Of a stretch of 32,000 bases of DNA, positions 9,296 through 19,370 are shown piece by piece (the first letter of the stretch is position 1; the number at the start of each line of letters is the position of its first letter). The notes beneath the pieces were generated by a model. It was given only the letters and a program-made list of their open reading frames with translations. It ran no database searches and had not been told where the DNA came from. The translations under genes were made by a program, and so were the position numbers. This DNA is from Demequinaceae bacterium. Lineage in GTDB: Bacteria; Actinomycetota; Actinomycetes; Actinomycetales; Demequinaceae. Where the stretch lies: contig OZ252279.1 of assembly GCA_965250005.1 (NCBI GenBank), positions 1,140,001 to 1,172,000 of the forward strand, given 5' to 3'.

Positions 9296-9328
9296 CGAAC
9301 CGGGCTCGTGTGGAACGAGCCCGGTTCG
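9296..9328 (-). terminator. Strong intergenic hairpin between rplO and secY (attenuator, processing/stability element or U-tract-less terminator)
   Basis: Minus strand CGAACCGGGCTCGT-TCCAC-ACGAGCCCGGTTCG: perfect 14-bp stem with 5-nt loop, no following U-tract. Confidence 0.6.
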
Positions 9329-9331
9329 ACT

Positions 9332-10069
9332 CTAGCCTTCGTTTACGGTTCCGCCTGCGGCTTCGATCTTGGTCTTCGCTGACTGCGAAACTTTGTCAGC
9401 GTCGACAATAGTGAGCTTGACTTTGATGTCGCCGTCTCCGAGGACTTTGACCAGCTCGTTCTTGCGGACGGCACCCTTGGCTACAAGATCTTCCTTGGTG
9501 ACGTTTCCGCCCTTCGGGTAGAGCTCGGCGAGCGCCGCTACGTTAACAACTTGGTACTCGACTCGGAATGGGTTCCTGAACCCGCGCAGCTTGGGGATAC
9601 GCATGTGGATAGGCGTCTGCCCACCCTCGAAGCGCTCGGGCACTTGATAACGGGCACCCGTACCCTTGGTACCGCGACCAGCGGTCTTGCCTCGCTTGCC
9701 ACCCTCGCCTCGACCCACACGGATCTTGGTTTGGTGCGCACCATCTGCTGGACGCAGGTGGTGCATCCTCAGCGTGCTGACCTTGGGACCTTCGGCGACG
9801 TTGCTGCCCGATGGCTTCTTGGCGGCCGGCTTCTTCTTTGCCGGTGCCTTGGTAGCGGCCGCTTTTGCTGGCGACTTGGAGGCAGCGGTCTCGGCAGCAG
9901 GCTTCTTCGCAGCAGCAGGCTTCGCGGCAGGTGTCTTAGCGGCAGGCTTCTTCGCAGCAGCAGGCTTCGCGGCAGGCTTCTTTGCGGCGGGCTTCTTCGC
10001 AGCAGGAGCCTTGGCAGCGGGCTTCTTTGCAGCGGCAGGCTTCGCCGCCGGCTTCTTGGCTTCAACCAT
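9332..10069 (-). CDS. rplO: 50S ribosomal protein L15 with long Ala/Lys/Pro repeat N-terminal extension
   Basis: [67 protein letters not shown] is canonical L15, preceded by about 95 aa of AAKKPAAK-type repeats. Start ATG 10067-10069 overlaps the rpmD stop (TAATG) and follows GAGGAGG. Confidence 0.93.
   Translation of the reverse strand: MVEAKKPAAKPAAAKKPAAKAPAAKKPAAKKPAAKPAAAKKPAAKTPAAKPAAAKKPAAETAASKSPAKAAATKAPAKKKPAAKKPSGSNVAEGPKVSTLRMHHLRPADGAHQTKIRVGRGEGGKRGKTAGRGTKGTGARYQVPERFEGGQTPIHMRIPKLRGFRNPFRVEYQVVNVAALAELYPKGGNVTKEDLVAKGAVRKNELVKVLGDGDIKVKLTIVDADKVSQSAKTKIEAAGGTVNEG
9800..10060 (-). repeat. rplO: Degenerate in-frame tandem repeats encoding (A/P)[15 protein letters not shown] units at the rplO 5' end
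   Basis: Plus-strand sequence repeatedly shows gcaggcttcttcgcagcagcaggcttcgcggcaggtgtc-type units; protein [57 protein letters not shown]. Confidence 0.85.
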
Positions 10070-10251
10070 TACTCGACCTCCTCAACGGTCACAAGGTGCC
10101 GGACTGTGTTCACCATGCCGCGAATCTCGGGGCGATCCTCCTTGACGACAATGTCGCCAACGCGCTTGAGACCAAGCGAACGGAGAGTCTCCCGGTGATT
10201 CGGCTTGGTGCCGATTCCGGATTTCTTCTGGGAAACTTTCAGGCGCGCCAT
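10069..10251 (-). CDS. rpmD: 50S ribosomal protein L30
   Basis: [60 protein letters not shown]. Confidence 0.96.
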   Translation of the reverse strand: MARLKVSQKKSGIGTKPNHRETLRSLGLKRVGDIVVKEDRPEIRGMVNTVRHLVTVEEVE

Positions 10252-10805
10252 TACTTAGCTCCCGCGGCCTGAGCGCGCAGCATTGCCTGCGGCGCGACGT
10301 CTTCGACGGACTTTCCACGACGGGCAGCTACAGCCTCGGGCAATTCAAGCATCTTGAGACCAGCGATAGTCGCGTGAACGATGTTGATCGCGTTAGAGGA
10401 TCCGAGGGATTTGGTGAGAACGTCGTGAATGCCAGCGCACTCGAGCACGGCGCGCACGGGTCCACCCGCGATCACGCCGGTACCCGGGGATGCCGGACGC
10501 ATGAATACCACGCCAGCAGCGGCCTCACCCTGCACGATGTGCGGGATGGTGCCCTGGATGCGCGGCACACGGAAGAAGTTCCGCTTGGCCTCTTCAACGC
10601 CCTTGGAGATAGCCACGGGCACCTCTTTTGCCTTGCCGTAGCCAACGCCGACGTTGCCGTCACCGTCGCCTACGACTACCAACGCGGTGAAGGAGAACCT
10701 ACGGCCACCCTTCACCACCTTGGAGACGCGGTTGATCGTTACAACGCGCTCGATAAACTTGTCTTCTGCACCGCGGCGTCCGCGGTCGTTGCTCTGCTGA
10801 GCCAT
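10251..10805 (-). CDS. rpsE: 30S ribosomal protein S5
   Basis: [73 protein letters not shown]. Confidence 0.97.
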   Translation of the reverse strand: MAQQSNDRGRRGAEDKFIERVVTINRVSKVVKGGRRFSFTALVVVGDGDGNVGVGYGKAKEVPVAISKGVEEAKRNFFRVPRIQGTIPHIVQGEAAAGVVFMRPASPGTGVIAGGPVRAVLECAGIHDVLTKSLGSSNAINIVHATIAGLKMLELPEAVAARRGKSVEDVAPQAMLRAQAAGAK

Positions 10806-10842
10806 CAGATGATTCCCTGTTCGTTGTTACGGGTCTGCTCGG

Positions 10843-11214
10843 TCATAGCGACAGCCCGCCTTCCCGTGCTCCGTCAGCAACCGCGGCCACTCGGCCGTGG
10901 TACTTGTTGCCTCCGCGGTCAAAGACGACGTCAGAAACGCCTGCCTTCTTGGCGCGCTCAGCAATGAGTTGACCCACCTTGGAGGCGCGCTCGGTCTTGT
11001 CGCCCTTGACGGCGCGGATGTCGGCCTCTTGCGAAGATGCATACGCGAGCGTCTTGCCGACCGTGTCGTCCACAACCTGCGCGACCATGTGGCGCGACGA
11101 GCGGGTGACGACCAGCCTCGGGCGGGCGGGAGTGCCGGTGATCTTTTTGCGCAGGCGGAAGTGACGGCGCTTGCGCTGAACCGCCTTGCCCTTGCCCTTG
11201 ATCGCGATACCCAT
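10843..11214 (-). CDS. rplR: 50S ribosomal protein L18
   Basis: [45 protein letters not shown]...[25 protein letters not shown]. Confidence 0.97.
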   Translation of the reverse strand: MGIAIKGKGKAVQRKRRHFRLRKKITGTPARPRLVVTRSSRHMVAQVVDDTVGKTLAYASSQEADIRAVKGDKTERASKVGQLIAERAKKAGVSDVVFDRGGNKYHGRVAAVADGAREGGLSL

Positions 11215-11750
11215 TACTTGCCTGCCTTTCCGGCCTTGCGGCGAACGTGCTCGCCCACATAGCGGACGCCCTTGCCCTTGTAGGGCTCAGGGGGCCGCAC
11301 TTTGCGAATGTTCGCGGCGACTTCACCCACCTGCTGTTTGCTGATGCCAGCAACAGTGAACTTGGTAGTTCCGTCGACCGAGAAGTTGATGCCCTCGGGC
11401 GCCTCGATGACCACCGAGTGCGAGAAGCCGAGTGCGAACTCGAGCTTCTTGCCAGACTGGGCAACGCGGTAACCGGTGCCCACGATTTCGAGCTCCTTGA
11501 CGTAGCCCTCGGTGACGCCGATCACCATGTTGGCGACAAGGGTTCGCGTGAGGCCGTGAAGGGACTTCGACAGGCGCTCGTCGTTGGGACGGGCCACCTC
11601 GATGCCCTCGTCGGTCTTCTTAACCGTGAGCGGCGATTTGACGGTGAGCGACAGGGTGCCCTTGGGCCCCTTGACGGTCACGTCGAGACCGCTAACAGTG
11701 ACGTCCACTCCGGCCGGAACCGGGACTGGTACTTTGCCAATGCGCGACAT
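11214..11750 (-). CDS. rplF: 50S ribosomal protein L6
   Basis: [35 protein letters not shown]...[27 protein letters not shown]. Start trimmed to ATG 11748-11750; the ORF-track start at 12143 runs back through rpsH out of frame. Confidence 0.96.
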   Translation of the reverse strand: MSRIGKVPVPVPAGVDVTVSGLDVTVKGPKGTLSLTVKSPLTVKKTDEGIEVARPNDERLSKSLHGLTRTLVANMVIGVTEGYVKELEIVGTGYRVAQSGKKLEFALGFSHSVVIEAPEGINFSVDGTTKFTVAGISKQQVGEVAANIRKVRPPEPYKGKGVRYVGEHVRRKAGKAGK

Positions 11751-11763
11751 ATGTGTTCCTCCC

Positions 11764-12162
11764 CTACCAGACGAAAGCGACGACTTCTCCGCCGACGCCC
11801 TTCTTGTCGGCCTCGCGGTCGGTAAGCAGACCGGAGGAGGTGGACAGGATGGCAACACCAAGCCCGCCGAGCACGCGCGGGAGGTGAGTGGACTTCGCGT
11901 AGACGCGGAGTCCGGGCTTAGAGACGCGCTTAACGCCGGCGAGCGAACGCTCGCGGCTAGGCCCGTACTTGAGCTTGAGCGTGAGCGTCTTGCCCACCTG
12001 AGCGTCAACGATATCCGAGCTCGCGATGTAGCCCTCGCTCTCGAGGATCTTAGCGATGTTCGCCTTGAGCTTCGAGTGAGGCATCGACACGGTCTCGTGG
12101 TACGCCGAATTTGCGTTACGCAGACGGGTGAGCATGTCTGCAATTGGGTCTGTCATTGTCAT
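11764..12162 (-). CDS. rpsH: 30S ribosomal protein S8
   Basis: [46 protein letters not shown]...[31 protein letters not shown]. Confidence 0.97.
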   Translation of the reverse strand: MTMTDPIADMLTRLRNANSAYHETVSMPHSKLKANIAKILESEGYIASSDIVDAQVGKTLTLKLKYGPSRERSLAGVKRVSKPGLRVYAKSTHLPRVLGGLGVAILSTSSGLLTDREADKKGVGGEVVAFVW

Positions 12163-12217
12163 AGGTCTTGAGTCTCTTCCTCGCCGCGGTTTCCGTTAGG
12201 ACCTGTGGCGTAGTTGA

Positions 12218-12403
12218 TTACCAGCTGCTCTTGGTGATTCCGGGAAGCTGCCCAGCGTGCGCCATCTCACGAAAGCACACACGGCACAGGCCGAACTTGC
12301 GGTAGACAGCGTGCGGGCGACCGCACTTCTGACACCGGGTGTAGGCGCGCACCGCAAACTTGGGCTTGCGGGCCGCCTTGTTCTTTAGCGCAGTCTTGGC
12401 CAT
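12218..12403 (-). CDS. rpsN: 30S ribosomal protein S14 type Z
   Basis: [61 protein letters not shown]; two CxxC zinc motifs, 61 aa. Confidence 0.97.
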   Translation of the reverse strand: MAKTALKNKAARKPKFAVRAYTRCQKCGRPHAVYRKFGLCRVCFREMAHAGQLPGITKSSW

Positions 12404-12405
12404 TG

Positions 12406-12963
12406 CTACTTCTCCTTGAACGGGAAGCCGAGCCGCTTAAGCAGCGAGTATGCCTCTTCGTCGGTGGTTGCGGTGGTGACAACAGTGATGTCCATGCCAC
12501 GCACGCGGTCGATCTTGTCCTGGTTGATCTCGTGAAACATGGACTGCTCCGTGAGACCAAAGGTGTAGTTTCCGCCGCCATCAAACTGCTTGGGGCTGAG
12601 CCCACGGAAGTCACGGATGCGCGGAAGTGCGGTCGACAGCAAACGGTCAAGGAACTCCCACATGCGGTCGCCGCGAAGCGTCACGTGGGCGCCGATCGGC
12701 TGACCCTCGCGAAGTTTGAACTGGGCGATCGACTTGCGAGCCTTAGTTACCTGCGGCTTCTGACCAGTGATTGCCCTCAGGTCGTTGATAGCGCCGGTGA
12801 TGAGCTTGGAGTCCTTTGCGGCATCTCCGACACCCATGTTGACAACAATCTTGGTAAGACCGGCAACCATGTTGATGTTCTCGTGGGAAAACTCCTCGCT
12901 AAGGCCGGCAATGACCTCGGCGCGGTAGCGCTTCTTGAGACGCGGTGAGGTAGTGGCAGCCAT
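12406..12963 (-). CDS. rplE: 50S ribosomal protein L5
   Basis: [70 protein letters not shown]...[10 protein letters not shown]. Confidence 0.97.
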   Translation of the reverse strand: MAATTSPRLKKRYRAEVIAGLSEEFSHENINMVAGLTKIVVNMGVGDAAKDSKLITGAINDLRAITGQKPQVTKARKSIAQFKLREGQPIGAHVTLRGDRMWEFLDRLLSTALPRIRDFRGLSPKQFDGGGNYTFGLTEQSMFHEINQDKIDRVRGMDITVVTTATTDEEAYSLLKRLGFPFKEK

Positions 12964-13301
12964 CAGACGTCCTTACCTGAGCGCTTGGCGACGCGCACGC
13001 GCATGTTGCGCTTGCGGCCGTCACGCTCGACTTTTTCCGTGCGGTAGCCCACGCGGGTGCCCTTCTTGGTCTCCGGGTCGACCAGCATGACGTTGGACGC
13101 GTGAATTGGCGCCTCGACGTTCACGATGCCGCCCTCGGCGTTGTCGCGGCGCGTGCCAGGACGAACGTGCTTGGTGACGCGCTGGATGCCTTCGACGATG
13201 AGCTTCTCGCTCTGCGTGATGACTTCGAGCACGCGACCTTGCTGTCCGCGGTCACGTCCGGTGATGACGACCACGAGGTCGCCCTTCTTGATCTTCGCCA
13301 T
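12963..13301 (-). CDS. rplX: 50S ribosomal protein L24
   Basis: [49 protein letters not shown]...[14 protein letters not shown]. Confidence 0.96.
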   Translation of the reverse strand: MAKIKKGDLVVVITGRDRGQQGRVLEVITQSEKLIVEGIQRVTKHVRPGTRRDNAEGGIVNVEAPIHASNVMLVDPETKKGTRVGYRTEKVERDGRKRNMRVRVAKRSGKDV

Positions 13302-13672
13302 TAGATGACCTCCGGGGCGAGCGAGATGATCTTCATAAACTTCCTGTCGCGCAATTCCCGGCCTACGGGGCCGAAGATGCGCGTGCCACGAGGCTCCGTG
13401 TCATCACCCTTGAGGATGACAGCGGCGTTCTCGTCGAACTTGATGTATGAACCGTCAGGTCGGCGTGCCTCTTTGGTCGTGCGAACGATGACGGCCTTGA
13501 CGACCTCACCCTTCTTCACGTTTCCGCCGGGGATAGCGTCCTTGACAGTGGCGACGATGGTGTCGCCAATGCCGGCGTAGCGGCGCTTCGAACCACCGAG
13601 AACACGGATGCAAAGGATCTCCTTTGCGCCGGTGTTGTCGGCGATGCGCAAGCGCGACTCCTGCTGAATCAT
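13301..13672 (-). CDS. rplN: 50S ribosomal protein L14
   Basis: [50 protein letters not shown]...[29 protein letters not shown]. Confidence 0.97.
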   Translation of the reverse strand: MIQQESRLRIADNTGAKEILCIRVLGGSKRRYAGIGDTIVATVKDAIPGGNVKKGEVVKAVIVRTTKEARRPDGSYIKFDENAAVILKGDDTEPRGTRIFGPVGRELRDRKFMKIISLAPEVI

Positions 13673-13726
13673 GTCTGTGTCTCCTGTCGTCTGGTTCTCG
13701 CTTGCGCGAGCCTGGTCGAACTTCCC

Positions 13727-14011
13727 TTACTTGGCCTTCTCGATGACTTCGACGAGACGCCAGCGCTTCGATGCTGACAGCGGGCGCGTCTCCATAATGA
13801 GGACGAGGTCCCCAATACCGGCCGTGTTGGCCTCGTCGTGAGCCTTGATCTTTGATGTGCGGCGGATGACCTTGCCGTAGAGGGGGTGCTTAACGCGGTC
13901 CTCAACCTCGACGGTGATGGTCTTCTGCATTTTGTCGGAAGTCACGTACCCGCGGCGCGTTTTGCGCTTGGCGCGGTGGTCTTCCGTCGCTGTCGAATGC
14001 TTGGTAGCCAT
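13727..14011 (-). CDS. rpsQ: 30S ribosomal protein S17
   Basis: [79 protein letters not shown]. Confidence 0.96.
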   Translation of the reverse strand: MATKHSTATEDHRAKRKTRRGYVTSDKMQKTITVEVEDRVKHPLYGKVIRRTSKIKAHDEANTAGIGDLVLIMETRPLSASKRWRLVEVIEKAK

Positions 14012-14022
14012 AGTCCTGTTCC

Positions 14023-14265
14023 TTACTCGCCGTCCGCGCTAGGTGCGGTGCGGATGCCGAGCTCGCGCTCGCGCAGAATCGTGTAGATGCGGGCGATGTC
14101 CCGCTTGACTGCCTTGAGGCGACCGTGGCTCTCGAGCTGGCCGGTGGCCGACTGGAAGCGCAGGTTGAACAACTCTTCCTTGGCTTTCTTAAGCTCTTCT
14201 GCCAGCGTCTCGTCTTCCATTGCGTCGAGCTCGGCAGGTGCCAGGTTCTTGCTTCCGATAGCCAT
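14023..14265 (-). CDS. rpmC: 50S ribosomal protein L29
   Basis: [58 protein letters not shown]. Confidence 0.95.
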   Translation of the reverse strand: MAIGSKNLAPAELDAMEDETLAEELKKAKEELFNLRFQSATGQLESHGRLKAVKRDIARIYTILRERELGIRTAPSADGE

Positions 14266-14684
14266 CAGATTTCACCACCCTCACGAGCAACGAAGCGGGT
14301 CTTCATGGGCAGTTTGTGCTGCGCGCGACTCAGTGCTTCGCGCGCGAGATCAACGTCAACACCAGCGACCTCAAAGAGAACTCGGCCGGGCTTAACGTTG
14401 GCGATCCACCACTCGGGCGAACCCTTACCGGAACCCATGCGGACTTCCGCAGGCTTCTTGGTCAGCGGACGATCCGGGTAGATGTTGATCCAGACTTTTC
14501 CGCCACGCTTGATGTGGCGGGTCATCGCGATACGTGCAGCCTCAATCTGGCGGTTGGTCACGTACGCGGGCTCGGTGGCCATGATGCCGTAGTCACCGAA
14601 CGAAACCTTGGTGCCACCAGACGCCGGCCCGGAGCGACCAGGGTGGTGCTGCTTGCGGTGCTTCACGCGCTTGGGAATAAGCAT
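14265..14684 (-). CDS. rplP: 50S ribosomal protein L16
   Basis: [93 protein letters not shown]. Confidence 0.97.
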   Translation of the reverse strand: MLIPKRVKHRKQHHPGRSGPASGGTKVSFGDYGIMATEPAYVTNRQIEAARIAMTRHIKRGGKVWINIYPDRPLTKKPAEVRMGSGKGSPEWWIANVKPGRVLFEVAGVDVDLAREALSRAQHKLPMKTRFVAREGGEI

Positions 14685-14687
14685 GTC

Positions 14688-15530
14688 CTAACTCTCCCTT
14701 CCTGCGGTCTTGGGTGCCTCAACTGCGGGTGCTTCAGCTGCGGGCGTCACGGTAGCGGGCGCCGCAGGAGCGGAGTCTCTCGGACCTGAGTCACGCGGAC
14801 TTGAGTCACGACGCGGGCCTCCACGGCCACCGCGATCGCCACGTCCGCGCTGGGGGCGGGGTGCCTTTGCTTGCTCGGCGGCCCACTCTTTCTCGGTCAT
14901 GTCGCCCTTGTAGATCCAGACCTTCACGCCGATCTGGCCAAACGTGGTCTTGGACTCGTAGAAGCCGTAGTCGATGTTCGCGCGAAGAGTGTGCAGTGGC
15001 ACGCGACCCTCGCGGTAGAACTCCGAGCGCGACATTTCAGCGCCACCGAGGCGGCCCGAGCACTGAACGCGGATTCCCTTGGCGCCGGCGCGCAGGGCGG
15101 ACTGCATGCCCTTGCGCATTGCACGGCGGAAGGACACCCGCGAAGCGAGCTGCTCGGCAATTCCCTGAGCAACCAACTGCGAGTCGATCTCGGCGTTCTT
15201 GACTTCGAGGATGTTGAGCTGAACCTGCTTGCCGGTCAGTTTCTCGAGACTCGCGCGAAGTTTGTCAGCCTCGGCACCACGACGGCCAATGACGATTCCT
15301 GGGCGGGCGGTGTGGAGGTCGACACGGACGCGTTCGCGCGTGCGCTCGATCTCTACCTTCGACACGCCTGCGCGGTCGAGGCCCTCGGACATGAGCTTGC
15401 GGATCTTGACGTCCTCGCCCACATAGTCGCTGTAGCGCTCGCCCTTTTTGGTCGAGTCGCTGAACCAGCGCGCGCGGTGGTCGGTCGTGATCCCTAGGCG
15501 ATAGCCGTGCGGATTGACTTTTTGTCCCAT
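14688..15530 (-). CDS. rpsC: 30S ribosomal protein S3 with Arg/Gly then Ala/Pro-rich C-terminal extension
   Basis: [47 protein letters not shown]...[16 protein letters not shown]; C-terminal low-complexity tail of about 65 aa. Confidence 0.97.
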   Translation of the reverse strand: MGQKVNPHGYRLGITTDHRARWFSDSTKKGERYSDYVGEDVKIRKLMSEGLDRAGVSKVEIERTRERVRVDLHTARPGIVIGRRGAEADKLRASLEKLTGKQVQLNILEVKNAEIDSQLVAQGIAEQLASRVSFRRAMRKGMQSALRAGAKGIRVQCSGRLGGAEMSRSEFYREGRVPLHTLRANIDYGFYESKTTFGQIGVKVWIYKGDMTEKEWAAEQAKAPRPQRGRGDRGGRGGPRRDSSPRDSGPRDSAPAAPATVTPAAEAPAVEAPKTAGRES

Positions 15531-15904
15531 TAGCGTGCCCCTTCCTTGACTGCGTCAGCGGGGGCCGCGACGGTGACAGTGATGTGACTAGAACGCTTGA
15601 GGATCTGGTTCGCACGGCCTTGAGCGCGCGGACGGATCCGCTTCATCGTGGGACCTTCGTCCACGTATGCGTCGGTGATGATGAGCTCCGATTCGTCGAA
15701 ACGCTCACCAACCGCATCGGCCTTGACTCGCGCGTTTGCGACTGCAGACTCGATCAGCTTTCGGACGTTCTCTGCGACCGCCTGCGGCTGGAACCGCAGG
15801 GACGCGATGGTGTCCACCGCGTTCTGGCCGCGAACAAGGTTCACGACACGGCGTGCCTTCTGGGCAGTTACGCGGACGTACCGCGCTTGCGCCTTGGCTT
15901 CCAT
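15530..15904 (-). CDS. rplV: 50S ribosomal protein L22
   Basis: [52 protein letters not shown]...[31 protein letters not shown]. Confidence 0.96.
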   Translation of the reverse strand: MEAKAQARYVRVTAQKARRVVNLVRGQNAVDTIASLRFQPQAVAENVRKLIESAVANARVKADAVGERFDESELIITDAYVDEGPTMKRIRPRAQGRANQILKRSSHITVTVAAPADAVKEGAR

Positions 15905-15939
15905 TGTTGTCTTACCTTCCTTGGTCTCGCCCGGCGCCG

Positions 15940-16218
15940 TTAACGGCGCGCCTTGCGGTCGTCCCTGACGTGGCCTCGGAATGTGCGCGTGGGCGCAAAC
16001 TCGCCGAGCTTGTGGCCGACCATCGCCTCGGTCACAAACACGGGGACGTGCTTGCGGCCGTCGTGCACGGCGAACGTGTGACCCAGGAAATCCGGGGTGA
16101 CAACGCTGCGGCGTGACCAGGTCTTGATGACGTTCTTGGTTCCAGCTGCATTTTGAGCGTCAACCTTCTTCTGAAGGTGGCCATCAATGAAGGGACCCTT
16201 CTTCAAACTGCGTGGCAT
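15940..16218 (-). CDS. rpsS: 30S ribosomal protein S19
   Basis: [80 protein letters not shown]. Confidence 0.98.
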   Translation of the reverse strand: MPRSLKKGPFIDGHLQKKVDAQNAAGTKNVIKTWSRRSVVTPDFLGHTFAVHDGRKHVPVFVTEAMVGHKLGEFAPTRTFRGHVRDDRKARR

Positions 16219-16230
16219 GTCAGAGTCTCC

Positions 16231-17070
16231 TTAGCGCTTGTTCTTGCCGGTACGGCGGCGGCGGACGATGAGTTTGTCGCTTTCCTGGCCCTTGCGACGG
16301 GTGCGGCCTTCACGCTTACCCCAGGGGCTGACAGGGTGACGTCCACCGGACGTCTTTCCCTCACCACCGCCGTGCGGGTGGTCAACCGGGTTCATGACAA
16401 CACCACGGACGGACGGGCGCTTGCCCTTCCAGCGCATGCGGCCGGCCTTTCCCCAGTTGATGCGAGCTTGTTCGGCGTTTCCGACCTCGCCGACGGTGGC
16501 GCGGCAGCGCGCGTCGACGTTGCGGATTTCACCGGACGGCATGCGCAGTTGAGCGAACCCGCTCTCCTTGGCAACGAGTTGCACCGAGGCGCCCGCCGAG
16601 CGCGCGATTTTGGCGCCTCCACCGGGCTTGATCTCGATGGCGTGAATCACGGTACCTACCGGGATGTTGCGCAACGGAAGGCTGTTACCGGGCTTGATGT
16701 CCGCGGCGGGGCCTGCCTCAATGGAGTCGCCCTGCTGCAGCTTGGTCGGGGCGATGATGTAGCGCTTGTCACCGTCCGCGTAGTGAAGCAGCGCGATGCG
16801 AGCAGTGCGGTTGGGGTCGTACTCGATGTGAGCGACCTTGGCCGGGACGCCGTCCTTGTCGTGACGACGGAAGTCAATGAGGCGGTAGGCACGCTTGTGG
16901 CCACCACCCTGGTGACGAGTAGTGATACGACCCTGGTTGTTGCGGCCGCCCTTCTTGGAGAGGGGACGGACCAGCGCCTTCTCGGGGGTATCGCGGGTGA
17001 TCTCGACGAAGTCAGCTACAGACGAGCCACGACGGCCCGGGGTAGTCGGCTTGTACTTACGAAGTGCCAT
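16231..17070 (-). CDS. rplB: 50S ribosomal protein L2
   Basis: [69 protein letters not shown]...[15 protein letters not shown]. Start trimmed to ATG 17068-17070. Confidence 0.97.
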   Translation of the reverse strand: MALRKYKPTTPGRRGSSVADFVEITRDTPEKALVRPLSKKGGRNNQGRITTRHQGGGHKRAYRLIDFRRHDKDGVPAKVAHIEYDPNRTARIALLHYADGDKRYIIAPTKLQQGDSIEAGPAADIKPGNSLPLRNIPVGTVIHAIEIKPGGGAKIARSAGASVQLVAKESGFAQLRMPSGEIRNVDARCRATVGEVGNAEQARINWGKAGRMRWKGKRPSVRGVVMNPVDHPHGGGEGKTSGGRHPVSPWGKREGRTRRKGQESDKLIVRRRRTGKNKR

Positions 17071-17089
17071 GAGTGATGTCCTGTTCCCT

Positions 17090-17395
17090 CTAGCCGGCCG
17101 GCCCGCCGAAGACGTCAATCGCTTCGCCCGCAACCAAAGTCACGATTGCGCGCTTGACGTCTTTGCGCTTGCCCAGGCCGTAGCGCGTGCGACGCGACTT
17201 GCCTTTGCGGTTTAGTGTGTTCACCGACGCGACCTTCACACTGAAGACCTGCTCGACGGCAATCTTGATCTCGGTTTTGTTCGAGCGCGGGTCCACCTCA
17301 AAGGTGTACTTACCCTCGTCCATGAGCGAGTAGCTCTTTTCCGAGACGATCGGCTTGATCAGGATGTCCCGGGGGTTCTTCTGGATGGTGGTCAC
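17090..17395 (-). CDS. rplW: 50S ribosomal protein L23
   Basis: [78 protein letters not shown]. Confidence 0.96.
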   Translation of the reverse strand: MTTIQKNPRDILIKPIVSEKSYSLMDEGKYTFEVDPRSNKTEIKIAVEQVFSVKVASVNTLNRKGKSRRTRYGLGKRKDVKRAIVTLVAGEAIDVFGGPAG

Positions 17396-18123
17396 TTGGT
17401 TTCCTCCGCCTTGGTCGCGGCCTTGGCAGGCGCGGATTTCTCAGCCGCGACGGCCTCAGACTCGGTCGCCACTGCTTTGGCGGACCTACCCTTAGGGGGT
17501 CCGGCAAGGAACGTGTCGAGAGCGGCCTTGGTGAAGATGACGTCATCATTGACGAGAACGTCGTAGGTGTTGAGTTGGCCAACGTCGAGCACGTGCGCGG
17601 TCTTCACATTTCGCAACGACAACACCGCAACGGTGTCCGCGCTGTCGAGCACGACGAGTGCCCGGCGCCCAGAGCTGATGGCCTCAAGCGCAGCAATCGC
17701 GCTCTTGGTCGATGGGGCCTTGCCGTTGATCAGGCTGTCCACCACGTGAACTCGCCCGGCGCGTGCCCGGTCAGAAAGTGCCCCGCGCAATGCGGCGGCC
17801 TTCATTTTCTTGGGCGTGCGCTGCGCGTAGTCGCGGGGCTGCGGTCCGTGGACGATTCCACCACCGGCGTACTGGGGCGCACGGATGGAGCCCTGCCGGG
17901 CATTACCTGTGCCCTTCTGCGGGTGCGGCTTGCGGCCACCGCCCGATACCTCGGCGCGGGTCTTCGTCTTGTGCGTACCCTGGCGAGCCGCAGCGCGCTG
18001 AGCGACAACGACTTGGTGGATAAGCGGGATGTTCGTGTCTACGTCGAACACCTCGGCTGGGAGGTCGGCAGTGCCGGCCTTCTTGCCTGCTGCGTCAACG
18101 ACGTCGATGGTGATGGCAGCCAT
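17392..18123 (-). CDS. rplD: 50S ribosomal protein L4
   Basis: [89 protein letters not shown]. Confidence 0.97.
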   Translation of the reverse strand: MAAITIDVVDAAGKKAGTADLPAEVFDVDTNIPLIHQVVVAQRAAARQGTHKTKTRAEVSGGGRKPHPQKGTGNARQGSIRAPQYAGGGIVHGPQPRDYAQRTPKKMKAAALRGALSDRARAGRVHVVDSLINGKAPSTKSAIAALEAISSGRRALVVLDSADTVAVLSLRNVKTAHVLDVGQLNTYDVLVNDDVIFTKAALDTFLAGPPKGRSAKAVATESEAVAAEKSAPAKAATKAEETK

Positions 18124-18124
18124 G

Positions 18125-18784
18125 TCACATGCCCTTCACTGCGGAGCGGATGAGGACAACGCCAGCCTTGTTTCCCGGAACGGCGCCCTTGATCAAGAGC
18201 AGGCCCTTCTCAAGATCGACAGCGTGGACCTCTAGGTTCTGGATCGTCTTGCGGTCGTTACCCATCCGGCCTGCCATCTTCATGCCACGGAACACGCGCG
18301 ACGGCGTCGAAGCGCCACCAATCGAGCCGGGCTTGCGGTGGTTCTTGTGGGCACCGTGAGACGCATTGTCGCCGTGGAACCCGTGGCGCTTCATTACACC
18401 GGCGAATCCCTTGCCCTTGGTGGTGCCCGTCACGTCGACCAACTGTCCAGCCTCGAATGCATCGGCAGCAATCTCCTGGCCGAGTCCGAAGGTTCCGGCA
18501 TTCGCGGTGCGAACCTCGGCGACGTGGCGACGCGGCGTAACGCCGGCCTTGGCAAAGTGACCCTTGAGGGGCTGCGAAACGCGGCGCGGGTCAACAGCAC
18601 CGAAAGCGAGTTGAACGGCGGAGTAGCCGTCAATCTCTTCCGTGCGGACCTGAGTGACCACGTTGGTGTCAACCTGGACGACGGTCACGGGCACAACATT
18701 GCCCGCGTCGTCCCACACCTGGGTCATACCGAGCTTCGTGCCGAGCAACGCGGTTACGTCGCGCTGGGCGGTGGAAGTAGTCAT
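18125..18784 (-). CDS. rplC: 50S ribosomal protein L3
   Basis: [38 protein letters not shown]...[52 protein letters not shown]. Confidence 0.97.
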   Translation of the reverse strand: MTTSTAQRDVTALLGTKLGMTQVWDDAGNVVPVTVVQVDTNVVTQVRTEEIDGYSAVQLAFGAVDPRRVSQPLKGHFAKAGVTPRRHVAEVRTANAGTFGLGQEIAADAFEAGQLVDVTGTTKGKGFAGVMKRHGFHGDNASHGAHKNHRKPGSIGGASTPSRVFRGMKMAGRMGNDRKTIQNLEVHAVDLEKGLLLIKGAVPGNKAGVVLIRSAVKGM

Positions 18785-18810
18785 TATGAATTCAGTCCTT
18801 CAACAGCCCG

Positions 18811-19119
18811 TTAGAGCTTGATCTCGATGTTGACGTCCGCGGGCAGATCGAGACGCATGAGCGAATCGACGGCCTTGGGCGTCGGGTCAACAATGTCAAT
18901 GAGGCGCTTGTGCGTACGCATCTCGAAGTGCTCGCGGCTGTCCTTGTACTTGTGCGGCGAACGAATGACGCAAAAAACGTTCTTCTCGGTCGGCAGCGGC
19001 ACGGGGCCAACTACGGAGGCTCCAGCGCGCGTGACCGTCTCTACGATCTTGCGGGCCGAGGAGTCGATGACCTCGTGGTCATAACTCTTCAACCGAATGC
19101 GGATCTTCTGTCCCGCCAT
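18811..19119 (-). CDS. rpsJ: 30S ribosomal protein S10
   Basis: [76 protein letters not shown]. Confidence 0.98.
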   Translation of the reverse strand: MAGQKIRIRLKSYDHEVIDSSARKIVETVTRAGASVVGPVPLPTEKNVFCVIRSPHKYKDSREHFEMRTHKRLIDIVDPTPKAVDSLMRLDLPADVNIEIKL

Positions 19120-19163
19120 GGCGTGTTCTGCCTTTTCTCTCGACTAATTCTGATGTACCTACA

Positions 19164-19190
19164 TCCGACCCCCGCGCTCGGGCGTGTCGC
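19164..19190 (-). promoter_or_regulatory. 27-nt leader element shared with rpsL leader (rpsJ copy)
   Basis: Minus strand GCGACACGCCCGAGCGCGGGGGTCGGA; 26/27 identical to 23706-23732; 44 nt upstream of the rpsJ ATG; can fold CGAC[ACG]CCCG(AGCG)CGGG[G]GUCG. Confidence 0.7.
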
Positions 19191-19273
19191 TCGTTGTGAC
19201 ACAAGCGCACCCGAATGATTTCCCATTGGGAGGTTGGACTTAGGTCTTCGGCCGCCAAAAAGGCAGCCTGGAT

Positions 19274-19303
19274 AGTTTGCCAGATTCTTGAGCAATGCGC
19301 CAA
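19274..19303 (-). promoter_or_regulatory. Weak candidate promoter of the rpsJ (S10) operon
   Basis: Minus strand TTGGCG (19298-19303) - 18 nt - CAAACT (19274-19279), between the tuf hairpin and the rpsJ leader. Confidence 0.3.
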
Positions 19304-19328
19304 TTCGCCTGGAGGCGATCAGCGCATC

Positions 19329-19364
19329 CCTGTTGGGGTCGGCCCGAAGACCGGCCCCAACAGG
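19329..19364 (-). terminator. Putative terminator downstream of tuf (hairpin without U-tract)
   Basis: Minus strand CCTGTTGGGG-C-CGGTC-TTCG-GGCCG-A-CCCCAACAGG: 10-bp outer stem, one mismatch, 5-bp inner stem (one G-U), UUCG tetraloop; begins 6 nt after the tuf stop codon. Confidence 0.75.
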
Positions 19365-19370
19365 TGCGTA

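Noticed and set aside
11751-12143. 131-aa N-terminal extension of rplF in the ORF track
   Set aside because: Out-of-frame overlap with rpsH; canonical L6 start MSRIGKVPV is at 11750.
19194-19204. 11-nt palindrome TTGTGACACAA next to the rpsJ leader element
   Set aside because: Looks like a small operator, but it is short, single-copy, and absent from the matching rpsL leader; more likely chance.
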